Of a stretch of 64,000 nucleotides of DNA, positions 9,590 through 17,953 are shown in pieces. Every line of letters starts with the position of its first letter. Positions within the stretch are counted from its first letter, which is position 1. Both the position numbers and the translations under genes were made by a program. This DNA comes from a virus: positions 12,496 through 76,495 of IMG/VR virus record IMGVR_UViG_3300046092_000205. The stretch is one strand, 5' to 3'. The notes under the pieces were generated by a model, which was given only the letters and a program-made list of their open reading frames with translations, did not search any database and had not been told where the DNA came from.

Positions 9590-10613
9590 ATTTGAAGCAG
9601 GACGAGTTTATGAGATACTATCTGACCTTGGATACCAACTACAGGATTTCGGCCAGTATTATCGAACTAAAGCGCTTTATCGAGGCGGCGATTCCACTAA
9701 CTCATTAAAAGTCTGGAAGAATTCTGGTTACTGCGTTGACTACGCTGCTGATAAAAAGTTTTCACTGAGAGAGCTATTAAGCCATCATATTCAAGATTGG
9801 CGAAAGATTAAAGAAATACTTGGTGGGCAAAAAGTTTTAGCCCCAATCAAAATTGAGAAAAAAATAATTATGCCAAGAATTTATCCACCTGATTGTTTAG
9901 ACCGCTTACTTCCCAACTACTCATTTTATGAAAAACGTAAAATAAGTAAGGACGTTCAGCGTAAATATAAAATCGGATACGCTACTGTAGGCAAGATGTA
10001 CCAAAGAATGGTTTTTCCAATCTATAATGAAAATGAACAAATTATTGGTTTTTCTGGAAGGCATATTGATTATAAAGAAGAAGCTAGTGCTCCAAAATGG
10101 AAACATCTAGGAGAAAAGCAGGAATGGATTTTTCCATATAATCTACCCAGCTTATTAGCCGCCAAAGAAAAAATTGATAGTGGCGCAAAAGTAATGCTTG
10201 TTGAGAGTATTGGAGATTCTATGGTTTTAACAGAGAATGGATTAGAAAATCATCTTGTCACTTTTGGTTTGGGATGCTCGCCAACAATGCAGGGCTTCCT
10301 ACTCTCTAAAGATCCAGAAGAAATTATTATCGTTGGAAACAATGATGAAGGCCCAAACTTTGATTACAACCGTGGATTAGTCGCCTCAATTAAAACATTG
10401 ATGAAGTTATCTAGCATTTTCCCGATTGACAAATTAAAGATTCGGTTGCCTAGTCTTAATGACCTTGGGGAAATGCATGAAGCTGGTATTGATATAGTTA
10501 AGTGGTCCTGCAATCACGAAGTCTTGGCGAACTCAAAAATCAAAGAATTTATTAACACTAACCAACAATATTTTGCCGTGGATAAAGTGGCGAAATTTTT
10601 AAAGAAAATCTAA
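9546..10613 (+). CDS. DnaG-like primase (Toprim); probable start 9546
   Basis: RMVFPIYNENEQIIGFSGR, PKWKH, LVESIGD, TFG, NND, NDLGEM; a start at 9387 would overlap most of the Zn-ribbon ORF. Confidence 0.85.
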   Translation: MDSKNTTNQPSVSLEFEAGRVYEILSDLGYQLQDFGQYYRTKALYRGGDSTNSLKVWKNSGYCVDYAADKKFSLRELLSHHIQDWRKIKEILGGQKVLAPIKIEKKIIMPRIYPPDCLDRLLPNYSFYEKRKISKDVQRKYKIGYATVGKMYQRMVFPIYNENEQIIGFSGRHIDYKEEASAPKWKHLGEKQEWIFPYNLPSLLAAKEKIDSGAKVMLVESIGDSMVLTENGLENHLVTFGLGCSPTMQGFLLSKDPEEIIIVGNNDEGPNFDYNRGLVASIKTLMKLSSIFPIDKLKIRLPSLNDLGEMHEAGIDIVKWSCNHEVLANSKIKEFINTNQQYFAVDKVAKFLKKI

Positions 10614-11692
10614 TGTCCTTACAAATAACTCAATCAGCTAGCAAAGTTAAAACAGCATTAGGTTGCTCTTGGAAATACTACAGTAGTTACCTTTTGCACA
10701 TTCCATCACGCTCCAACAATGGAGCGAAAGTCGGGGGTAATGTCCACATCATTCTTGAGTGCCTTGCTGTTGACAAAAGAAAAGCGCTAGTTCAAAAAAT
10801 TCTTGAAGCTAAAGATATTTTTGTTAGCCAAAGCATTAGACATTTAACTTATAAACTAGCGCGTAAAAACGATACTGATACGCCAGAAAATATTGAAAAG
10901 GTTAAAGATTTTGTATTGAATGGTTTGTCTTATGATTTCTATGGAAATCTTCGTGAAAACTTAGCTCATTCTTATACAGAAAAAGATTTCTTATTCGAAG
11001 AGCCAGAGAAATATAAGATCAGGGGATTTATTGACCGCCTCTTTCTTTATGAAGACGGTCATGCTTTAATTAGAGATTATAAAACGAGCAAAGAAACTTA
11101 TCGAGGCTCCGATATTAAAGATCCACTGCAAGCAAACTTCTACGCAAAAGCTGTTAGAAAAATGTCAGACGCAGGAATTATTCCTCCCGTTAAAACTATC
11201 AGTTGTGAGTTTCTTTTTCTTAAGTTTGATTGCTCTTTGGAATCGGAATGGGCAACAGGAGAGTATCAAGGGAAAGTCACAAAAAAACAGTATCACAATG
11301 GTGGAGGTAAAATCACTGTAAATTTCACAGAGGAAGAAATTGATGGGTTTGATTATGAGCTAGAGGATTACCAACAATATCTTGAATCTTTTGATGAAGA
11401 AAAAGCTACTGAAAATTTTGCTGTAGATCAAGGTATGCCATCTGATGATTCTTTTTCTGGTAAACTATTGTGTGGTTTTGGAACTTATGCTGGCCAACTT
11501 AAAAAAGATGGCACGTTAATGTTTTCCTGTGAGGCCCGTCACCCATTCCCCTATTATTATATCGAAAAAGATGGCCAATGGATTGCATCTTGTTTTATTG
11601 ATGAACGCGAAAAGCTCTTGACAAAGTATCCTATTGAAGTATATTTATGGACAGAAAAATTCTACAGCGGCTGTCTGCGCCATCAAAAATAA
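10613..11692 (+). CDS. PD-(D/E)xK RecB/Cas4-like exonuclease
   Basis: SASK...CSWKY, G..VH..LE, RGFIDRL, IRDYKTS, Q...Y, C-terminal cysteines. Confidence 0.8.
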   Translation: MSLQITQSASKVKTALGCSWKYYSSYLLHIPSRSNNGAKVGGNVHIILECLAVDKRKALVQKILEAKDIFVSQSIRHLTYKLARKNDTDTPENIEKVKDFVLNGLSYDFYGNLRENLAHSYTEKDFLFEEPEKYKIRGFIDRLFLYEDGHALIRDYKTSKETYRGSDIKDPLQANFYAKAVRKMSDAGIIPPVKTISCEFLFLKFDCSLESEWATGEYQGKVTKKQYHNGGGKITVNFTEEEIDGFDYELEDYQQYLESFDEEKATENFAVDQGMPSDDSFSGKLLCGFGTYAGQLKKDGTLMFSCEARHPFPYYYIEKDGQWIASCFIDEREKLLTKYPIEVYLWTEKFYSGCLRHQK

Positions 11693-11693
11693 A

Positions 11694-12434
11694 ATGATTC
11701 CACTCTTCAAGTCTACTTACTCCCGCAAGAGCATACTCACTCTTGATAAACCATCACCACCAAACTCTGGCCCAGATTCAATTCTTTCCATTGCCAAAGA
11801 CTACAGCTTGGATCAAATAGTTTTAGTGGAGGATGAGTTCACTGGCTTTAAAACTGCACTTGACAGATGTAAAGAATTGGGTATTAAATTGATTTTTGGC
11901 ATCCGTTTCAATATCTGCAATGATAGGATGGCGGAGGATAAAAAGTCATCAAATCATAAATTAATCGTTTTCGCTAAAAATGACAATGGCGCAAAGCTTT
12001 TGATGAAACTCTATTCTTTAGCGTTTTCTGAGTCAGAAGGTTTTTTAGACTGTATGACTTTAAAAGATAAATGGTCGCCAGACTTAGCCCTTGCAGTTCC
12101 ATTTTATGATTCATTTATGCATCGTAATTCTTTTTACTTCCAGACTTGTATTCCAGATTTGGGGTTCGCAGCGCCCACATTATTCTTGGAGAATAATGGT
12201 TTACCTTTTGATGAAAAACTTCGATCTAAAGTATTTAAATTAGCCGAAGAAAATAATTGGCTCACCAAGGAAGCGAAAACCATTTACTACCGCAATAAAA
12301 AAGACTACGAATCGTATGTCACGTATCGTATCATAACTGGTCGAATTGGCGGTAAGAATCAAACCTTAGATAAACCCGAATTGGAGGATATGTCTAGTAA
12401 TGAATTCAGTTGGGAAAGCTTTGTGGAAAAATAA
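11694..12434 (+). CDS. stand-alone PHP domain of DNA polymerase III alpha (DnaE piece 1)
   Basis: PLFKSTYS, GIKLIFG, LIVFAKNDNG..LL..L.S resemble the DnaE N-terminus; metal-binding His residues absent. Confidence 0.75.
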   Translation: MIPLFKSTYSRKSILTLDKPSPPNSGPDSILSIAKDYSLDQIVLVEDEFTGFKTALDRCKELGIKLIFGIRFNICNDRMAEDKKSSNHKLIVFAKNDNGAKLLMKLYSLAFSESEGFLDCMTLKDKWSPDLALAVPFYDSFMHRNSFYFQTCIPDLGFAAPTLFLENNGLPFDEKLRSKVFKLAEENNWLTKEAKTIYYRNKKDYESYVTYRIITGRIGGKNQTLDKPELEDMSSNEFSWESFVEK

Positions 12435-12435
12435 T

Positions 12436-12774
12436 ATGAACCGACAAAAATGGCTAAAATCTTTAAAACGCGGCGATAAAGTTTGGATTGTTCCTTTTCA
12501 ATTTTATTGCGTGAGCCGATTAACTTGGAAGCAAACATTTGGTGGGTGGTTTGATTTAAAAGGTTCGAATGGAGAAGATTGTCTTTTAGACTATGGTGGT
12601 CTTTTGCAGTTTCCCGCCTCAAATATCTTTCCAACAAAGAGAGAGGCGCAAATTTTTGCCGCACCTTTAAAAATTAAATTCATTAAGAAAAGAATGAATT
12701 CTCTGAACAAAGAATCACAAAAGCTCTATAAAGAATGGAGTAAACTTGAAAAAATTTTAGAAAAACATGACTGA
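12436..12774 (+). CDS. hypothetical protein
   Basis: ATG follows previous stop; LKRGDKVWIV, IFPTKREA. Confidence 0.65.
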   Translation: MNRQKWLKSLKRGDKVWIVPFQFYCVSRLTWKQTFGGWFDLKGSNGEDCLLDYGGLLQFPASNIFPTKREAQIFAAPLKIKFIKKRMNSLNKESQKLYKEWSKLEKILEKHD

Positions 12775-13402
12775 TCAACTATTAAGATTTAATTACGGGC
12801 AGAAATTCATTACATTTGATTTCGAAACAGCCAATCTTGCATTGGGAACTGGTCTTCCATGGCAGCTTGGCTATATAACTCATCAAGGTAAAAAACAAAC
12901 TGGCGAATTTGAGCGAAAAATATTTTGGCCAGATTATCAAATAGCTGATAATATTGCAATGCTAAATCATTTTGATCAGCATACCTACGAAAGTGAAGCT
13001 CGCGACCCACTGGAGGTTTTAGAAGAATTTGAAGCTTATCTTTACAATCCAGAGTATATTGTAGTTTCAATGAATGGATTGGGTTTTGATTGCTTTATCC
13101 ATAATAATTGGAGGAAGGCTCTTGGTAAAAAAACAGACTATTCATGGATGAATAGACACTTGGATATTTTACCTTTGTATAGAGCGGTTCACGGTGGAGC
13201 TAAAGTCGCTGATAATGACGATCTTTTATGCTGGCAATATAGACATCTACACAATAGGGATCGAAAGGTTAAAGCTTCACTATCGGCGCAGTTAAAGTAT
13301 TTTAGCATTCCATTTGATGAAGCTAATAAGCACGATGCGGTTTACGATGTAAAACTGACCTTTGAAGTCTTTCAGAAGATAATCTGGCAATTAGAAATCT
13401 AA
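12767..13402 (+). CDS. DnaQ-like DEDDh 3'-5' exonuclease
   Basis: Exo I FDFET, Exo II NGLGFD, Exo III HDAVYD. Confidence 0.9.
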   Translation: MTDQLLRFNYGQKFITFDFETANLALGTGLPWQLGYITHQGKKQTGEFERKIFWPDYQIADNIAMLNHFDQHTYESEARDPLEVLEEFEAYLYNPEYIVVSMNGLGFDCFIHNNWRKALGKKTDYSWMNRHLDILPLYRAVHGGAKVADNDDLLCWQYRHLHNRDRKVKASLSAQLKYFSIPFDEANKHDAVYDVKLTFEVFQKIIWQLEI

Positions 13403-13405
13403 TAC

Positions 13406-14038
13406 ATGAACATTATTCAAGTAGATAAAAAAACAGCCGATCACTGGATAACTCAAAAACATTATTCTCGTCGCGCATCTATTTTCTGGGCAGCATTCGG
13501 ATTGGAAATTAATGGTAAACTTGAAGGCGTTGTGGTTTATGGTCAACCATCTCCACCTATTCAAAAGCACGCATTTAAAGATCGTGATTTTCGTTTGTAT
13601 GAACTTTCGCGTTTAGTAATCCAAACAAAAGAAAAGAACGCGGCAAGTTTCTTGATTGGTAATTCGCTCAAGCTGCTAGAGAAACCATGTGCTGTCGTAT
13701 CTTATGCGGATAGCGAATGGAATCATTGCGGATTCGTTTATCAAGCTACAAATTGGCTGTATACTGGAGCAACAAAGTCTCACGATCATTCTTATATGGT
13801 AAACGGAGAAAGACTTCACCCAATGACCATTAGGGACAGATTTGGGGTTACTAATTTAAAGCAATGGGCAAAAGAAAATAAAATACAAACCATTAAACCT
13901 GCCGAAAAACATCGCTATTTTTATATCTGCGGAAACAAGCGAGAAAAAAAATCTATACTTGACAGACTGAACTATTCGGTGTTAAGTAGTTATCCAAAAA
14001 TCAATCCATCTCGATACAACGACGGCGACACTATTTAA
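13406..14038 (+). CDS. Mom-like (GNAT fold) DNA adenine modification protein
   Basis: HYS, GVVVYG, YELSRL, VSYAD...H.G.VYQATNWLYTG, KHRYFY. Confidence 0.8.
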   Translation: MNIIQVDKKTADHWITQKHYSRRASIFWAAFGLEINGKLEGVVVYGQPSPPIQKHAFKDRDFRLYELSRLVIQTKEKNAASFLIGNSLKLLEKPCAVVSYADSEWNHCGFVYQATNWLYTGATKSHDHSYMVNGERLHPMTIRDRFGVTNLKQWAKENKIQTIKPAEKHRYFYICGNKREKKSILDRLNYSVLSSYPKINPSRYNDGDTI

Positions 14039-14039
14039 T

Positions 14040-15809
14040 ATGTTTGAAGAATTCCAATCACTAAATAAACCATTACTCGCGGGAGTTCGGCTTCCAAAAA
14101 TTTCTATTGAACCACGCTTCTATGAGCAATTAGAAGTTTCGCCAAAGGTTTCCAATTATGAATTTTTACGCCGCCTTTGCTGGAGGGGTATTAAAAAATT
14201 GGGAATCGACAAGAAATCAAATGCCAAAGAATATTACGAGCAAGTCAAAAAAGAATTGACCACCTTTGAAGAGCTTTCTTTCACAGATTATATTCTTCTC
14301 AATTGGGAGATCCTCAACTTTTGCCATGAAAAAAATATCCCAACAAATGCTGGTCGAGGTTCTGCTGGCTCATCATTAGTTTTGGCTCTTATCGGAGTTA
14401 CAAAAATTGATCCCTTTGAATACAAGCTCTTCTTTGAGAGGTTCGTTTCCAAAAGTCGAGCCAAGAAAATTATTGACGATGGAATAACCTATCTTGATGG
14501 ATCACTAGTTCCAGACGTTGACAATGATATTGATTACAGTCGTCGTCATGAAGTAATGTCTTTCATCGAGGAGAAGCATAGAGGACGCACATGCAAAATC
14601 CTTACATTGAATACTCTTAGTGGAAAACTCTGCATTAAAGAGGCTCTCAAAATTGTTGATGGAGTTAATGAGGATATTGCGAATGCTGTTTCAAATTCTA
14701 TTCCAAAAAAGTTTGGAAAGGTTTTGGATTTTGAAGATGCAATTAAAGAAAGCCCAGCTTTTGCTCAATACATCAAGCAGTATAGTCGCTCTTACGAAGT
14801 GGCTCTTAAGCTGGAAGGATTGATTAAAAACACTGGCGTTCATCCATCTGGAATCGCTATCTGCCATGATGATCTTGATGATACAATGCCGTATGGAAGA
14901 ACAAAAGATGGCGACCTTATTTCTGGATTTGAAATGAATGACGTTGCATCAGTAGCAATTAAGTTTGATATTCTTGGGCTAAGAACACTAACAGTTTTAG
15001 ACCAAGTTTGCAAAATGACAGGACTGGTTCTTGAAGATATTGATAAAGACGATAAAGAAACATATCAATTCTTGCAGAACTTAATTGCTCCTCAAGGCTT
15101 ATTCCAGATTGAAACCGATACTGGATTTAGAGTTTGTCAAAAAGTGCGGCCTAAAAACCTACATGATTTATCTGCTGTGTTAGCAATTGCGCGCCCTGGG
15201 GCTTTGGCTTTTGCGGATCAATATGCAAAGTTTTCTAATACTGGTGAGGTAACAAGTATTCACCCATTCTTTGATGACATTCTAGGTTGGACAGGATCAA
15301 TTCCTCTATACCAAGAACAGTTGATTGCAATGGCCCGTAAAATTGGGTTCACCGCTGATGAAGGCGAGCAACTGAGGCGCATAGTTGGCAAAAAGAAAGT
15401 CGATCAGATGAAAGAGTGGCGCGAGAAGATCCAATTAAAAATTCAAGAAAATAGTCTTGATACAAAAATTGGAGAAATCTTATGGAAAGTTGCTGAGGAC
15501 TCTGCGAATTATAGCTTTAATGCTTGCCTTTCTCCAGAAACCGTTGTTCAAAAAGAATCTGGATTTGACTGTCTTTCCAATATCAAAAAAGGGGACAAAG
15601 TGTTGGCTTATGACGTAAAAAATAAGAAAGACCATTTTGTAGAAGTTGTTGATATTCATCCTAATTTTGTAGAGCTATTTAAGATTGAATTTGAAGATGG
15701 AAGGATAATCGAATGTTCCATGGATCATAAATTTCTCTGCGAGGACGGAAAAATGAGGGCGATGAAAAATATATTGAGAGGTAATCATAGTATTGTGTGT
15801 AAAGATTAG
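14040..15809 (+). CDS. dnaE: DnaE catalytic N-extein (aa 1-495) fused to N-half of split intein (aa 496-589)
   Basis: GRGSAGSSLV, FERFVS, PDVDND, GVHPSG, KFDILGL, GLFQ, RPG, YQEQ, LRR; then SFNA|CLSPET. Confidence 0.95.
   Translation: MFEEFQSLNKPLLAGVRLPKISIEPRFYEQLEVSPKVSNYEFLRRLCWRGIKKLGIDKKSNAKEYYEQVKKELTTFEELSFTDYILLNWEILNFCHEKNIPTNAGRGSAGSSLVLALIGVTKIDPFEYKLFFERFVSKSRAKKIIDDGITYLDGSLVPDVDNDIDYSRRHEVMSFIEEKHRGRTCKILTLNTLSGKLCIKEALKIVDGVNEDIANAVSNSIPKKFGKVLDFEDAIKESPAFAQYIKQYSRSYEVALKLEGLIKNTGVHPSGIAICHDDLDDTMPYGRTKDGDLISGFEMNDVASVAIKFDILGLRTLTVLDQVCKMTGLVLEDIDKDDKETYQFLQNLIAPQGLFQIETDTGFRVCQKVRPKNLHDLSAVLAIARPGALAFADQYAKFSNTGEVTSIHPFFDDILGWTGSIPLYQEQLIAMARKIGFTADEGEQLRRIVGKKKVDQMKEWREKIQLKIQENSLDTKIGEILWKVAEDSANYSFNACLSPETVVQKESGFDCLSNIKKGDKVLAYDVKNKKDHFVEVVDIHPNFVELFKIEFEDGRIIECSMDHKFLCEDGKMRAMKNILRGNHSIVCKD
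15525..15806 (+). mobile_element. split intein N-half (94 aa)
   Basis: Block A CLSPETVV, IKKGDKVLAYD, block B IECSMDHKF, then stop. Confidence 0.9.
15797..15802 (+). promoter_or_regulatory. GTGTAA putative late promoter for endonuclease
   Basis: 8 nt before ATG 15811. Confidence 0.6.
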
Positions 15810-15810
15810 T

Positions 15811-16770
15811 ATGGCCATCATTGAATATAGCGATAACAAAAAAATCATACCTCAATCAGCATTTGAAACTTGCTTAATTTCTGGGAAAACAAAAACTCAA
15901 ATTTCGAAAGAGTTTAGGGGAAGGGAAAATGGAGTCTATTACTTAGATAAATTTGCAAATAATTTAAAAGGCTACGATATTTCTGTTAAGGAGTATGTTT
16001 GCCGATTCTTAAAAATTGAATGGCCAAAATGTCCAGTATCAAATGAAGACGTAGGATACCTCATCCGAGGTAACGGCCTTATTTTTAGCTTATTTAAGAG
16101 AGGAAGGGTAAACAAAGAACATTGCGAGGCATTTAGAAAAGGATGCGAAAAACTCTCCAAAGATAGAGTGGGGGAAAATAACCCAATGTTCGGCAGGGAT
16201 TCGTGGAATAAAGGTCTTTCTATCGAAGACGAAAGAGTAAGAAAAATGGCGGAAAAAACTCGTGGGAGAAAAGCCTCGCAAGAAACGAGGGAAAAGCAGA
16301 AAGCAGTTAGAAAAAATCATCCACTCAAAGCTAGGCACACTCAAAAACATAGTGAAGAAAGCAAGAATAAATGCAGAGAAGCCACTGCGAAAGGTTGGGC
16401 AAATGGGCGATTTAATAAAAAAACTTCTATCGAACAGAAAATGGAGGACTTTTTAAAAACGCTCCCCCTAAAAGAAGATTTCATTTTTCAGTTTCAACAC
16501 GGTTATTTTACTCTTGACTTTGCGTTTCCGAATGCTAAAGTGGGTATCGAGTGTCAAGGTGGATTTTTTCACACCGACCCTAGATTATACCCAAATGGTC
16601 CAAAAACAAAAATACAAGAAAGAAATCTCGTTAGAGACATTGAGAAAAGGAAGTATTTTTCCTCAGAAAACTGGCAAACAATAGAGTGCTGGGAAATTGA
16701 AATAAATAATAATAAATTTAAAGAAGAAATTATATGCGCTTTGCAAAAATTAAATCTGCTACAAGAATAG
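15811..16770 (+). CDS. free-standing homing endonuclease (NUMOD3-like repeats + Vsr-like PD-(D/E)xK domain) between split intein halves
   Basis: GENNPMFGR..WNKG, HSEESKNK, TSIEQKM, LDFAF...IECQGGFFH...RD..K...WE. Confidence 0.85.
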   Translation: MAIIEYSDNKKIIPQSAFETCLISGKTKTQISKEFRGRENGVYYLDKFANNLKGYDISVKEYVCRFLKIEWPKCPVSNEDVGYLIRGNGLIFSLFKRGRVNKEHCEAFRKGCEKLSKDRVGENNPMFGRDSWNKGLSIEDERVRKMAEKTRGRKASQETREKQKAVRKNHPLKARHTQKHSEESKNKCREATAKGWANGRFNKKTSIEQKMEDFLKTLPLKEDFIFQFQHGYFTLDFAFPNAKVGIECQGGFFHTDPRLYPNGPKTKIQERNLVRDIEKRKYFSSENWQTIECWEIEINNNKFKEEIICALQKLNLLQE

Positions 16771-16847
16771 GAAAGAGAAGTACGTTGGATTTAGAAGTCG
16801 ATCATAAAGATCATAACTTTTATGCGGAAGGACTAGTCACGAGCAAT
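16734..16847 (+). mobile_element. split intein C-half (38 aa)
   Basis: Block F LDLEV...HNFYA, block G GLVTSN, +1 Ser. Confidence 0.9.
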
Positions 16848-17915
16848 TCACATTCTTATTGCTACGGGGTGACTAGTTTTTATACAGCCTACTGCAAAGT
16901 TCATTATCCACAGGAATTTTTCCTTGCATTATTGAAGATGGCTCAAAATGAACCCGATCCGCTATCCGAAATTTTCAAAATCTCCCAAGAGCTTGCTCTA
17001 TTTGGAATCAAACTCTTACCTCCTGACCTTTCTAAGTCTAAAGAAGAGTTTTCCATTGAGGGTAAAGACCTCCGCTATGGATTGAATTCGATCAAAGGTG
17101 TTTCAGAAAAGAGCATTCAAAACCTATTAGACTTTCGCGGTCAAGAATTCTCAAATAAATATCAAGTATTCCAATCGGCCAAAGATTGTGGATTGAATAT
17201 TGGTATTGTTTGCACATTGATTCAGGCTGGATGCCTAGATTCTTTTGGGGAGAATCGTTGCAAAATGGTTCTTGAAGCTCAAATGTTTAGCAAGCTCACG
17301 GAAAAAGAAAAACTCTCTGTTTTAGAACTTGGAGAGCATCATAAGTATGATATTTTTGCCGCCTTAAAAGATGGCGCTGATGGCAAAATACTTAATGATA
17401 AAAATAAAAGCACATTCACCGAAAAGCGAATCCAAAAACTTCGCGAGGAGCATGGCAAATATAAACAAATCTATGATCAAAATATCAAACACCAAAAATT
17501 CTGTAATTGGTATTTCGAGCGCGAAATGTTGGGGTATTCATATTCGTATACATTAAGAGAAGTGTTTGAAGAGCCGAAGAGCGCATTTACTTCAATTCTA
17601 GAATTTAATTCTCTCGACGACAACACGTTAGTTCGTATTGTTGGAGTCGTGACCGAAGTGAAAAAGACAACATCTAAAAAAGGTAATAAATACATGATGC
17701 TAGACATTTCTGATGAGAGCGGTAAGCTATCTGGAATGTTTGGAGATAACGGCAAAGATAATAAATGGTCGCGTCATCTTGAAGAAAAGCTACCAGTTCC
17801 ACAAGAGGATTCTATAGTTACAGTGGTAGGAAAGAAATTCGGAGATTTGCTTATGGTAGATAAGTTCTCAATTATTGATGAGAAAATATATACTCGCCTA
17901 TCGCAAATAAAATAA
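16734..17915 (+). CDS. dnaE: split intein C-half (aa 1-38) fused to DnaE C-extein (HhH and OB-fold)
   Basis: DLEVDHKDHNFYAEGLVTSN|SHSYCY; YPQEF, LLPPD, YGLNSIKGV, LIQAGCLDSF, EREMLG, TSKKGNKY..LDISDESG. Confidence 0.95.
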   Translation: MRFAKIKSATRIGKRSTLDLEVDHKDHNFYAEGLVTSNSHSYCYGVTSFYTAYCKVHYPQEFFLALLKMAQNEPDPLSEIFKISQELALFGIKLLPPDLSKSKEEFSIEGKDLRYGLNSIKGVSEKSIQNLLDFRGQEFSNKYQVFQSAKDCGLNIGIVCTLIQAGCLDSFGENRCKMVLEAQMFSKLTEKEKLSVLELGEHHKYDIFAALKDGADGKILNDKNKSTFTEKRIQKLREEHGKYKQIYDQNIKHQKFCNWYFEREMLGYSYSYTLREVFEEPKSAFTSILEFNSLDDNTLVRIVGVVTEVKKTTSKKGNKYMMLDISDESGKLSGMFGDNGKDNKWSRHLEEKLPVPQEDSIVTVVGKKFGDLLMVDKFSIIDEKIYTRLSQIK

Positions 17916-17916
17916 C

Positions 17917-17944
17917 TTGACAAATAACATATACCGATTAAAGT
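17917..17944 (+). promoter_or_regulatory. sigma70-type promoter TTGACA-N16-TAAAGT
   Basis: Same hexamers and spacing as 5430; 9 nt before ATG 17954. Confidence 0.65.
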
Positions 17945-17953
17945 CACACAGTA

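Noticed and set aside
10613-11692. Cas4 as part of a CRISPR system
   Set aside because: No other cas genes or array; context is a replication operon
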